Source: Thermoanaerobaculia bacterium | GTDB lineage: Bacteria; Acidobacteriota; Thermoanaerobaculia; UBA5066 | Assembly: GCA_046331465.1 (NCBI GenBank) | Contig: JAXLQV010000003.1 | Location: 1,344,420 to 1,408,419 of the forward strand | Reading direction: 5' to 3' | Length of the DNA stretch: 64,000 nt | Part shown: positions 1 to 9,912 of the stretch, piece after piece | How positions within the stretch are numbered: position 1 is the stretch's first letter | How the letters are laid out: each line of letters starts with the position of its first letter | Position numbers and translations under genes: made by a program | The notes under the pieces: model-generated | Seen by the model: only the letters and a program-made list of their open reading frames with translations | What the model was told of the DNA's origin: nothing | Database searches by the model: none

Positions 1-1068
1 GCGCACCTCGTGGCCGCGGGCTATCCCCCCGCGGCGCCCGCCGGGGGCCGGATCGTCCTCGCCGCGACGAGCGACGAGGAGGCGCGCGCAGGGTTCCTCC
101 GAGCGGTCGCCGCGGCGCTCGCGGGGCGCGCGAAGACGCCGCTCCCGGCCTGGCTGGCGACGGGCCTCGCCGAGTACCTCTCGACCTTCTCGGCCACCGA
201 GGCGAAGGCGACGCTCGGCCGGCTCGTCCCGGAGCACGTCGCGTCCCTCCGGAACGCGCGGTTCCCCGGGGCGGGCCCGATCCTCTTCCGGGAGACGACG
301 CTCTCGGGACCGGGGGCGACGGGGGCGCTCCTCCGCGCCGAGGCGTGGGCCGTCGTCCACGTCCTGCTCCAGGGAACCCCCGACGGGGAGGAGAGGCTCG
401 GACGCTACGCCGCGCTCCTCTCCGAAGGACGCGAGGCGTCGGACGCGTTTCGCGAGGCCTTCGGCGAGAACGAGCGGGCCCTCCTCTCCCGCGCGAGGGC
501 GCACGTCGTCGATTCGCGTCCGCTCGCGCGCGTCCTGCCCGTCCCCGCCTCGGCGCCGCCCGTCGGCCGCCTCCTGCCGCTGACCCGCGCGGGCGCCGCC
601 GGCGTCCTCGGCGGCGTTCCGAGGGGACGCCGGTCGCCGGAACCCGAGACGCCGGAGCCGGGTGCGCCGCCGGGCGCCGCCCCCGCGGGACCGCCCCTCT
701 CCACGTCCCCCGTGCGGCCGTCCGCCGCGGTCTCGCGCGACGTCCCGGCGGAGGTCGACCTCGTGAACCGCCTCGTCGACGAGGGGCGCGAGGAGGAGGC
801 GCTCGCCCGGCTCGAGGCGCTCCACGCCTCGCTCGGCCGCGACCCGGAGATGCAGCGCGCGCTAGGGTGGGACGTCCAGGAGGTGCGGCGCGTCGTCGTC
901 CACAACCGCCTCGTCCGCCGCTACAACGAGGCGATCGGCCTCCTCAACGCCGGCCGGCTCGACCTCGCGATCCCGATCTTCCGCGAGGTCGCCGCCGCGG
1001 CCGAGGACCCGGGGCTCCGGCGGCTCGCCTGGGAGCGGGCGACGGCGCCCGACGGCGGCCGGCGCTGA
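1..1068 (+). CDS. Hypothetical protein, 5'-partial (runs off window start); possible DUF1570-like putative peptidase domain followed by a helical/TPR-like C-terminal region
   Basis: ORF 10..1068 is in frame with position 1 with no upstream stop; W-L-x-x-G-L-A-E-Y motif (PAWLATGLAEY) resembles the conserved DUF1570 core; stop TGA 1066-1068. Confidence 0.5.
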   Translation, partial: AHLVAAGYPPAAPAGGRIVLAATSDEEARAGFLRAVAAALAGRAKTPLPAWLATGLAEYLSTFSATEAKATLGRLVPEHVASLRNARFPGAGPILFRETTLSGPGATGALLRAEAWAVVHVLLQGTPDGEERLGRYAALLSEGREASDAFREAFGENERALLSRARAHVVDSRPLARVLPVPASAPPVGRLLPLTRAGAAGVLGGVPRGRRSPEPETPEPGAPPGAAPAGPPLSTSPVRPSAAVSRDVPAEVDLVNRLVDEGREEEALARLEALHASLGRDPEMQRALGWDVQEVRRVVVHNRLVRRYNEAIGLLNAGRLDLAIPIFREVAAAAEDPGLRRLAWERATAPDGGRR

Positions 1069-1126
1069 AAGGGCGCCCAACCGCGGGCGCGGGGCGATAC
1101 TTTCCCCGACGACGAGGAGGTGCTCG

Positions 1127-2218
1127 ATGGACGACCACGACGAGGCGAAGAGGGACGGGGCGCTGGAGCGTCGGGACCTCCTGAAGCTCGGGGCCGCGGC
1201 GGCGGCAGGGCTCGTGGCCGGAACGCTCGGGGCGTCGGAGACGGCGGGCACGGCCCCGGCCGCGCCGGCGGCGAAGGGCGTGGCCGCGCACCCGTGGAAC
1301 CCGCGGACGGCGGAGGCGATGCCGACCCGGAACCTCGGGAAGACCGGCTTCCGCGTCGGGATCTTCAGCCTCGGCGGGCAGGCCTCCCTCGAGAAGCCCG
1401 AGAACGACGCCGTCGCCGTGCCGATCATCGAGCGGGCGCTCGACCTCGGCGTGAACTACGTCGACACGTCGGCCCGCTACGGCGGAGAGGCGCGCTGGAG
1501 CGAGCGCTACTTCGGGCAGGTGATGGCGCGGCGCCGGGGCGAGGCCTTCCTCGCCACGAAGACGCACGAGAGGACGCGCGACGGCTCGCTGAAGCTCCTC
1601 GAGACCTCGCTGAAGCTCCTCCGGACCGACCACGTCGACCTCTGGCAGCTCCACGCGATGAGCACGATGGACGACGTCGAGAAGGTCTGCGCGAAGGGGG
1701 GAGCCCTCGAGGCGTTCGCGGCGGCGCGCGAGCAGAAGCTCGTCCGCTTCCTCGGGATCACGGGGCACACCGACCCGGCCGTCCTCGCCGAGGCGATCCG
1801 CCGCTTTCCGTTCGACACGGTCCTCCTCGCCGTGAACGCGGCCGACCCGCACCACCTCCCGTTCGGGAGCGAGCTCCTGCCGCTCGCCGTGGAGAAGGAG
1901 ATGGGGATCGTCGGGATGAAGATCCCGGCGCGCGGCCGGATCCTCTCGACCTGGACCCCGCCGCCGCCCGAGGAGCAGCGGGGGCCGTTCAAGGCGACGC
2001 GCCCGGGGACGCTCACGATGCGCGACGCGATGCGCTACGTCCTCTCGCTCCCGGTCTCCACCGTGATCGTCGGCTGCGACACGATCGGGCAGCTCGAGGA
2101 GAACGTCGCGATCGCGAAGGCCTTCACGCCGCTGACCCGCGAGAGGATGGCCTCGCTCGAGAAGGACGCGGCGCCGGTCGCGAGGCAGGCGCTCTTCTTC
2201 CGGCGCTGGGAGGCGTAG
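1127..2218 (+). CDS. Aldo/keto reductase family oxidoreductase with N-terminal twin-arginine (Tat) signal
   Basis: 363 aa; RRDLLKLGAAAAAGLVAG Tat-like signal; AKR fold hallmarks (GxGxxxxG..., DLWQLH, IVGMK) along length. Confidence 0.85.
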   Translation: MDDHDEAKRDGALERRDLLKLGAAAAAGLVAGTLGASETAGTAPAAPAAKGVAAHPWNPRTAEAMPTRNLGKTGFRVGIFSLGGQASLEKPENDAVAVPIIERALDLGVNYVDTSARYGGEARWSERYFGQVMARRRGEAFLATKTHERTRDGSLKLLETSLKLLRTDHVDLWQLHAMSTMDDVEKVCAKGGALEAFAAAREQKLVRFLGITGHTDPAVLAEAIRRFPFDTVLLAVNAADPHHLPFGSELLPLAVEKEMGIVGMKIPARGRILSTWTPPPPEEQRGPFKATRPGTLTMRDAMRYVLSLPVSTVIVGCDTIGQLEENVAIAKAFTPLTRERMASLEKDAAPVARQALFFRRWEA

Positions 2219-2230
2219 CGGCCCGGACGC

Positions 2231-4888
2231 CTACCGGAAGTACCCGTTCACGTCGAGGATGACGTGGATCGGGGCCGTCGCGTCGTTCCGGACGGTGATG
2301 CGTCCCGCGCCGCCGGTCGTCGAGACGAGGAGCATCGCGTTGTTCGCCCGGGTCTTCCCGGCCCCGAAGGAGATCACCGTCGGGACGGGGAGCGACCCGT
2401 CGGAGGGGTAGACGCGGAGGCTCCCGGCGGCGGTTCCGCCCGTGACCGAGACGTTCGCCGAGACGACCTTCGCGTCCGCCGGGACGCCGCAGGCGGTGAC
2501 GATCGTGAAGACGCGTTCCGCGGGGGACGCCGCGAGGATCGGCCCGGCGAGCGGCCCGTCCGGCGCGTTCCGCGTGTCGAGGACCCGGCACGGGGTGACG
2601 GTGTAGAAGAGGAGCCCGGCGCCCGGCGCGACGTAGGTGTAGGCCAGGCTCTTCGTCCCCGAGGCGCCCCCCGGGTTCGTGACGACGACGTCGACGGTCC
2701 CGGCGGCGCGGGCCCCGGTGACGGCGGTGATCGTCGTGGCGGACGAGACGACGACCGAGGTCGCCGCGGCGCCGCCGATCGAGACCGTCGCGCCCGAGAC
2801 GAAGCCGGTCCCGGTGATCGTGACGGCGGTGCCGCCGGCGGTCGACCCCGTCGCGGGGGAGATGCCGGTCACGGTCGGCGCGGCCGGGCTCGTCGTGATC
2901 GTGAAGGAGGGCCGGCTGATCGCGAAGAAGACGTTCCCGACGCAGGAGACCTTCAGGCGGGCCGTGACGCCCGCGGTCGGGTAGCTCGGGAGCGTGACGG
3001 CTTCGCTGCCGTCGTTCGGCGTCGACGCGAAGAGCGTCGTCCCGAACGTGAGCCCGCCGTCCGTCGAGAGCTCGATCTTCACGTTCGCGCACGAGATCGG
3101 CGCCGCGGTCGTCCCCGCGACGTTCCACGTGACGGTCTGCGTCGAGCCGGCGGGCCAGCTGACGGCGGTGGAGGGGGAGGTCACGGCGAACGCGCTCCCC
3201 GTGTCCGTCACCGAGAGGACGGCGGTGTCGGAGTTCACGCCGCCGCCGCCGGCCCTGTTGTCGCGGGCGGTGAGGCGGAAGGTCAGCGTTCTCGTCGTCG
3301 TCGGCAGCGTCTCGCCGTACGTCGTCGTCCCGGCGAGGACGTCCGCGAGCGTCGGGAAGGTTCGCGTCGGGCTCGTCGTCGGGTCGAAGGAGCGGAAGAT
3401 GGGGCGCGAGCCGTTGTCGGTGAGCGGCGGGCCGGTCGTCCCCGAGCCCGCGTCGAGGTCCATCTCCTCCCAGCCGTACGTCAGGGTGTCGCCGTTCGGG
3501 TCGGTCGCCGAGCCGGTGAGGGCGAAGGGAGTCCTCGCCGGGATCCTGTAGTCCGCCCCGGCGCTCACCGTCGGGGCGGTGTTCCCGGTCGAGGTGCTCG
3601 TCGGGCAGGCGCCGCCGTAGTCCGGGCTCGTGTTGCTGATGTACGTGACGATCTCGTCGAACGAGACGGCGTGGAAGTACGGGTCGCTGTGAGGCTGCAG
3701 GTCCTCGGAGCCGCAGATTCCCGCGTACGCCATGATCGTCGACCCGCTCCCGACCTCGTAGGCCGTCGCGTCGTTCCGGTTCCCGCCTCCGCAGCTGCCG
3801 GCGGTGCCGTCGAAGGTGTGGTTGCCCCCGAACTGGTGCCCCATCTCGTGGGCGACGTAGTCGACCCAGAACGCGTCCCCCGTCGGGCTGGAGCTGCCGG
3901 TCACGCCCTGCGCCTTGTAGCCCGTCCAGCAGACGGCCTCCAGCATGGCAATCCCGCCGCCTCCGGTCGAGAAGACGTGACCGATGTCGTAGTTCGCGCT
4001 GCCGATGACCGCGTCGACGTTCGCCTGGTTCTGCCCGAGCATCGCGCCGCCGTCGCTGTTCGTGTACGGGTCCGTCGAGCCGTTCAGGTAGATGAGGCTG
4101 TCGTTGTTCGCGACGAGCGTCATCCGGACCCCGAGCTCGCGCTCGTAGATCCCGGTGACGCGGTTCACGGCGGTGACGAGCTCGGCGTGGACGAGCGGCA
4201 CGGTGCCGCCGAAGAACGCCGAGTACTCGCCCGTCGTCGCGAGCGCGAGCTTGTACGTCTTCAACGTCCCGCCGACGGTGAGGAGGGGCATCTGCGTCGG
4301 TCCGGCCTCGGTCCTGACCGACGGGAACGGGAGGACTTCCCGGGCGGGTCCCTTTGCCGGCCCCTCGCACCGGAAGGTGTTCTCCGGGTCGCGCAGGGCG
4401 TCGCGCCTGTGGTACGAGCCGACGACGTCGGCCTCGCCGGGCGCCCAGGGGTCGACGTACCAGGCGCCGAACGCCGAGAGGACCATCGCCGAGAAGCCGC
4501 GCGGGGAGACGTCGAACCGGACGGAGGCGGTCGGGTCGTCGATTCCCTCTCCCCGGAAGGTCCGGGTCTCCGGGAACTTCGCCGCGAGCTCCGCGGCCAT
4601 GACGGGCGACTCGATGACCCGGAAGCGGGCGAGGCCGCCGTCGGGGTGGGGGAGCTCGAGGAGCGTCGAGGGAGTCCCGACCTCGTCCGGCTTCTCGACC
4701 GAGACCCCGCGCATCGCGTCGGCGAAGGCCCGGGCGTCGAAGAGGAACGGGCGGACGGCGCGGGCGCGGATCGGGGTCGTGCCGAGGCGCGCCGCCTCCG
4801 CGGAGGTCTCGACCGGCCGGAACGGGCTGGCGGCGTACCCGGGGAACGCGAGGAGGAGCCCGGCGAGGGCGAGGAGGCGGCGAATCAC
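2231..4888 (-). CDS. Secreted zinc metalloprotease, reprolysin/M12B-like (HExxHxxGxxH metzincin motif) with IPT/TIG beta-sandwich domain and C-terminal extension
   Basis: 885 aa; signal peptide MIRRLLALAGLLLAFPGYAA; HEMGHQFGGNH zinc-binding motif; TIG-like segment VTGISPATGSTAGGTAVTITGTGF. Confidence 0.85.
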   Translation of the reverse strand: MIRRLLALAGLLLAFPGYAASPFRPVETSAEAARLGTTPIRARAVRPFLFDARAFADAMRGVSVEKPDEVGTPSTLLELPHPDGGLARFRVIESPVMAAELAAKFPETRTFRGEGIDDPTASVRFDVSPRGFSAMVLSAFGAWYVDPWAPGEADVVGSYHRRDALRDPENTFRCEGPAKGPAREVLPFPSVRTEAGPTQMPLLTVGGTLKTYKLALATTGEYSAFFGGTVPLVHAELVTAVNRVTGIYERELGVRMTLVANNDSLIYLNGSTDPYTNSDGGAMLGQNQANVDAVIGSANYDIGHVFSTGGGGIAMLEAVCWTGYKAQGVTGSSSPTGDAFWVDYVAHEMGHQFGGNHTFDGTAGSCGGGNRNDATAYEVGSGSTIMAYAGICGSEDLQPHSDPYFHAVSFDEIVTYISNTSPDYGGACPTSTSTGNTAPTVSAGADYRIPARTPFALTGSATDPNGDTLTYGWEEMDLDAGSGTTGPPLTDNGSRPIFRSFDPTTSPTRTFPTLADVLAGTTTYGETLPTTTRTLTFRLTARDNRAGGGGVNSDTAVLSVTDTGSAFAVTSPSTAVSWPAGSTQTVTWNVAGTTAAPISCANVKIELSTDGGLTFGTTLFASTPNDGSEAVTLPSYPTAGVTARLKVSCVGNVFFAISRPSFTITTSPAAPTVTGISPATGSTAGGTAVTITGTGFVSGATVSIGGAAATSVVVSSATTITAVTGARAAGTVDVVVTNPGGASGTKSLAYTYVAPGAGLLFYTVTPCRVLDTRNAPDGPLAGPILAASPAERVFTIVTACGVPADAKVVSANVSVTGGTAAGSLRVYPSDGSLPVPTVISFGAGKTRANNAMLLVSTTGGAGRITVRNDATAPIHVILDVNGYFR

Positions 4889-4948
4889 GCGCGGACTCTA
4901 AGCCCGCCGGGCGCCCTGGAAAAGGCTGAGCCTCCGGAAACGGGCATG

Positions 4949-4978
4949 GGCGGGAGGGGGCGGCTGCCCCCTCCCGCC
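4949..4978 (-). terminator. Putative intrinsic terminator hairpin downstream of tricorn protease gene
   Basis: Perfect 12-bp GC stem ggcgggaggggg / ccccctcccgcc with 6-nt loop, 15 bp past the tricorn gene stop (4993); short U-containing tract follows on minus-strand transcript. Confidence 0.45.
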
Positions 4979-4992
4979 GGACGGAGGACTCC

Positions 4993-7900
4993 CTACTTCT
5001 TCGGGTACGCCGGCTGCGGCGGGAAGGTGAACGGCTTCTCGGCGATCTGCTTCTTCAGCACCTCGACCGCCTTCTCGAGCTGGAGGTCCTTCCCGGCCGA
5101 CGCGGAGGCCGGGTCGTTCTCGAGGAGGACGTCGGGGTCCGCGCCGTGGTTCTCGACGAGCCACTTCCCCTCGCGCCCCCAGAACGCGTTGTTCGACTGG
5201 TTCACCGTGCCGCCGTCGACCGTCGCCTGGGCGTTCACGATCCCGACGAGGCCGCCCCACGACGGGACGCCGATGACGGTCCCGAGCTTCGCGGCCTTGA
5301 AGTGCTCGACGAACGCCTCGCCGTCGGAGCCGTTGTACTCGTTCGTCAGGACGGCGAGGTGCGCCTTCGTGGCGCCCGGCGGGTAGGGGAAGGCGTCCAT
5401 GTTCTTCAAGACGTTGAAGGCGGCCACCTTCCGCTCGAGCTTGTCGATGACGAAGTACTCGGTCCAGCCGCCGCCGTTGCCGCGGACGTCGATGACGAGC
5501 CCCTTCCGGTCGTGGAACGCGCGGTAGAAGCGGTCGAACTGGGCGATGTTCTCCGCCCCCATCGCCGTCAGGTGGAGGTAGCCCATCTCGCCATTCGAGG
5601 CCTTCTCGACGTACGCGAGGTTCTTCGCGACCCAGCGGTCGTAGCGGAGGTCGTACTCCGAGCGGAGCGGCTCGACCTCGACGACGCGGCTTCCCGTCCC
5701 GTCGGCCTTCGGGCCGACCGTGAGCCGGACCTTCTGCCCCTTCGCGACCTGGAGGAGGCGGTAGGGGTTCTCGGGCACCTTCAGGTCGACGCCGTCGACC
5801 GCGAGGAGGAACTCGCCGTCCTTCACGTTGACGTCGGGGCGGGCGAGAGGGGCCGGGTGGTCGCCGGTGAAGCCCGAGGGGCGGAAGACGGCGCGGAAGA
5901 CGTAGCGGCCGGAGGCGTCGGCCGCGAGGTCGGCGCCGAGGCGGCCTGTGAAGAGGAGCGGCTCGGGGGCCTTCTTCGGCCCGGTGTCGCCGCCGCCGAC
6001 GTAGGTGTGCGAGACGCAGAGCTCGCCGACCATCTGGGAGAGGAGCCAGTTCAGCTCGTTCCTCGAGCTCAGCTCGGGGACCATGGCGCGGTAGGCGGCG
6101 CCCATCGCCTTCCAGTCGCGGCCGTGCATCCCCGGGTCGTAGAAGAAGTCGCGGTACCAGCGCCAGGCGTCGTCGAAGACCTGCAGCCACTCGTCGCGCG
6201 GGTTCACCTTCACGACGAGCCGGTCGAGGGAGAGCGCCGTCCCGAGCGCCTTCGAGGAATAGAGCTTCTCGAGCGGCGTCGCGTGGTAGGTGGAGCCCTT
6301 CTTCACGACGGCCTGCTCGCCGTTCGGGGAGAGGCGCCAGTCGGAGATCGAGCCTTCGAGGGCGACCTCCTTCTGCGAGGCGACGTCGAAGACGCGCAGG
6401 CCGAGGAGGTCCTTCCCGAACGACGGGGTGAAGAGCTGCTCGATCTCGTCCTCGCCGAACTCCTCGGCGGCGCCCCAGGTCACGTATCCCTTCCCCGCCT
6501 TCAGGTGGAAATACGTTCCGGCCTTGACCGGGAGAGGGAAGAGGCGCGACGAGAGCCCCTCGACGTCGACGACGACCTTCGGGAGGGCGGGCGCGGAGGC
6601 CTTCGGGGCCTCCTTGCCGTCCTTTCCGGCCGCCTTCGCGCCGTCGGGCTTTGGCTCGGCCGGCTTCGCCTCTTCCTTCGGCCCCTTCTCGAACGGCGGC
6701 TTCTGCCCGGCCTTCAGCTGGACGGCGACGGGCATCGCGGGGTTCGGGATGATCGCGTCGTCCTCGAAGGTGTCGACCCTGGGCTCGAAGTGCCGGTAGG
6801 AAAGGAAGTAGAGGAGCTCGCCCTTCGGGTCGAAGGAGGGGTTGACGGAGTGGTAGAAGCCGTCCGTCACCGGCACCGTCTTCCCGGTCGCGACCTCGTG
6901 CAGGAAGATCCGGCCGTTCCGGTTCGGCCCGATCTGCGTGTAGGCGACCCAGGCGCCGTCGGGCGACCAGGCGTAGTCGGAGATCTCCCACGAGAACTCG
7001 TCGTTCGCGAGCTGGCGCGACTCGGCGATCTTCGTCCGCTTCTTCGTGGCGAGGTCGACGACGAAGAGGCGGAGGTCCTTGTCGCCGAAGAGGAGCTTCG
7101 TCCCGTCGGGCGACCACTCGGCGTGGTAGGAGGTACGGTCGAGGTCGGTCGTGATCGCGTCCCAGGGCTTCTCGCCCGTGACGTCCGCGACGTAGAGCTG
7201 GTACTCGCCCGTCCTGTCGGAGAAGAAGGCGACCTTTTTCCCGTCGGGGGAGAAGCGGGGGAAGCGCTCGCGGCTCTTCGGGGCGCGGGTCAGGTTCCGG
7301 GTCGGCCCGTTCTCTTCCGTCGAGACGAGGAAGATCTCGCCGCGGGCCTCGAACGCGGTCCACTTGCCGTCGTTCGAGGCGGCCATCGACTGGATCGTCT
7401 CCTTCGCGCTGACGGCCCGCTCGCCGAGCGCCCAGCGGTCGCTCGGGACGTCGACGTCGACCTTCTCGACCTTCGAGGTCGCGACGTCCATCCGGTAGAG
7501 GACCCCGGCGCGCGTGAAGACGACCGTCTTCCCGTCGGTCGCGGGCATCTGGACGTCGAAGTCCTCGTACGACGTGACGGCCGTCGCCGCCTTCGTCGCC
7601 GGGTCGAGGCGCCAGAGGTTCGCGACCCCCTTCGAGGCGCGGTCCGTGACGAAGAGGAGGCCGCCGCCGGCCCACATCGGGTAGGAGTTCTTCCCGACGT
7701 AGTCGGTGAGCGGCGCGTAGCTCTTCGCGGCGAAGTCGTAGAGCCAGATGTCCTGGTACTGGCCCCCCTTGTAGCGCTTCCAGTAGTACTCCTCGTCGCC
7801 GCGCCGGTTGTAGGCGAGCTTCGTCCCGTCGGGGGAGTACGCGGCGAGGACGCCCCTCTCCGGCGGGAGCGGCTCGGGGAGCTCCCCCTCGGGGGAGACC

Positions 7901-8316
7901 GCGTAGAGCCGTGGGACGGGGCGGAAGGTCGACTCGAAGCCGGAGCGGAAGACGACCTTCTTCCCGTCGGGGGTCCAGGTGACGGGCGAGGCGTTGCCGG
8001 TGTAGGTCAGGCGCTTCGGGACGCCCCCGTCCGCCGGCATCAGGTAGACCTCGTTCGGGCCGTCGTAGGAGGCGCGGAAGGCGACCCACTTCCCGTCGGG
8101 GGAGACCTTCGCGGCCTCCTCGTTGCCGGGGTGCGTCGTCATCCGGACGGCGGTCCCGCCGGCGAGCGGGACGCGGAAGAGGTCTCCCTCCCAGGAGAAG
8201 ACGACGGTCCCGCCGCGGACGTCCGGGGTCCTCACGAACCGCGGGGAGACGGCGGCGGCGGGGAGCGAGACGACGGCGAGGAGGAGGGCGAGGGTGCGGT
8301 ATCGACGGACGTGCAT
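4993..8316 (-). CDS. Tricorn protease homolog (S41 family; WD40/TolB-like beta-propellers + PDZ + C-terminal peptidase domain)
   Basis: 1107 aa; signal peptide; repeated 'SPDGK(W/K)VAF' propeller motifs; C-terminal S41 catalytic region (GNGGGW, VLTNEYNGSDGE). Confidence 0.9.
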   Translation of the reverse strand: MHVRRYRTLALLLAVVSLPAAAVSPRFVRTPDVRGGTVVFSWEGDLFRVPLAGGTAVRMTTHPGNEEAAKVSPDGKWVAFRASYDGPNEVYLMPADGGVPKRLTYTGNASPVTWTPDGKKVVFRSGFESTFRPVPRLYAVSPEGELPEPLPPERGVLAAYSPDGTKLAYNRRGDEEYYWKRYKGGQYQDIWLYDFAAKSYAPLTDYVGKNSYPMWAGGGLLFVTDRASKGVANLWRLDPATKAATAVTSYEDFDVQMPATDGKTVVFTRAGVLYRMDVATSKVEKVDVDVPSDRWALGERAVSAKETIQSMAASNDGKWTAFEARGEIFLVSTEENGPTRNLTRAPKSRERFPRFSPDGKKVAFFSDRTGEYQLYVADVTGEKPWDAITTDLDRTSYHAEWSPDGTKLLFGDKDLRLFVVDLATKKRTKIAESRQLANDEFSWEISDYAWSPDGAWVAYTQIGPNRNGRIFLHEVATGKTVPVTDGFYHSVNPSFDPKGELLYFLSYRHFEPRVDTFEDDAIIPNPAMPVAVQLKAGQKPPFEKGPKEEAKPAEPKPDGAKAAGKDGKEAPKASAPALPKVVVDVEGLSSRLFPLPVKAGTYFHLKAGKGYVTWGAAEEFGEDEIEQLFTPSFGKDLLGLRVFDVASQKEVALEGSISDWRLSPNGEQAVVKKGSTYHATPLEKLYSSKALGTALSLDRLVVKVNPRDEWLQVFDDAWRWYRDFFYDPGMHGRDWKAMGAAYRAMVPELSSRNELNWLLSQMVGELCVSHTYVGGGDTGPKKAPEPLLFTGRLGADLAADASGRYVFRAVFRPSGFTGDHPAPLARPDVNVKDGEFLLAVDGVDLKVPENPYRLLQVAKGQKVRLTVGPKADGTGSRVVEVEPLRSEYDLRYDRWVAKNLAYVEKASNGEMGYLHLTAMGAENIAQFDRFYRAFHDRKGLVIDVRGNGGGWTEYFVIDKLERKVAAFNVLKNMDAFPYPPGATKAHLAVLTNEYNGSDGEAFVEHFKAAKLGTVIGVPSWGGLVGIVNAQATVDGGTVNQSNNAFWGREGKWLVENHGADPDVLLENDPASASAGKDLQLEKAVEVLKKQIAEKPFTFPPQPAYPKK

Positions 8317-8379
8317 CGTGCGAGCCTCGCCCGGACGATACGGGCTTTTCCCCGGAAGGGTTGCGGCTGAGACGAGGCC

Positions 8380-8787
8380 TCAGCCTTTCTCGTATCGGAT
8401 CGCGACCGCGACGATCTGCCGGCCGTAGATCGGCGTGTGGTACCTCACCCACCACCCGCCGGTGACGTAGGTCCCGATCCGCTTCGTCCTGTCCTGGACG
8501 ACGACCGCCGCCTCGGCGCCGAGCTTCGCGGCCTCCTCCCGGAGGGCCTTCTCGATCTCGTCCGTCTTCGCGCCGTCGGACGGGGAGAGGAAGACCTCGC
8601 CGAGCCTCACGTGAGGGCGCTTCGGCTCGCGCCGGAGGATCTCGACCGAGGCCGGGGCCGTCGGGGCGACCTGCGGGACGCCCAGGTAGCGCTCCGAGGC
8701 GACGTCGACGGTCGCGCAGGCGGAGAGGGACGCGGCGAGGGCGGCCGCGAGGAGGGCGAGGGCGCGGCGGGAAGGGGCGGGTTTCAT
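8380..8787 (-). CDS. Small lipoprotein of unknown function
   Basis: ATG at 8785-8787 within ORF 8380..8919; MKPAPSRRALALLAAALAASLSAC lipobox-type signal; 135 aa. Confidence 0.6.
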   Translation of the reverse strand: MKPAPSRRALALLAAALAASLSACATVDVASERYLGVPQVAPTAPASVEILRREPKRPHVRLGEVFLSPSDGAKTDEIEKALREEAAKLGAEAAVVVQDRTKRIGTYVTGGWWVRYHTPIYGRQIVAVAIRYEKG

Positions 8788-8930
8788 GGCGGCCTCCATC
8801 CGGCGGATTGGACGCGCCGGGTGCCTCCGTGGTTGGCAGCGGCCTGCGCCCCGATCGCCCCGGGCGCGGGGAGAGGCGAGAATCCGGGCATGCCTGGATG
8901 CGAAGGCTCCGCGGCGCATCCCCTCGCGTG

Positions 8931-9878
<948 letters not shown>

Positions 9879-9912
9879 GCGGGAGGCCGCCCTCCCTATA
9901 CTCGCGTCTCCC

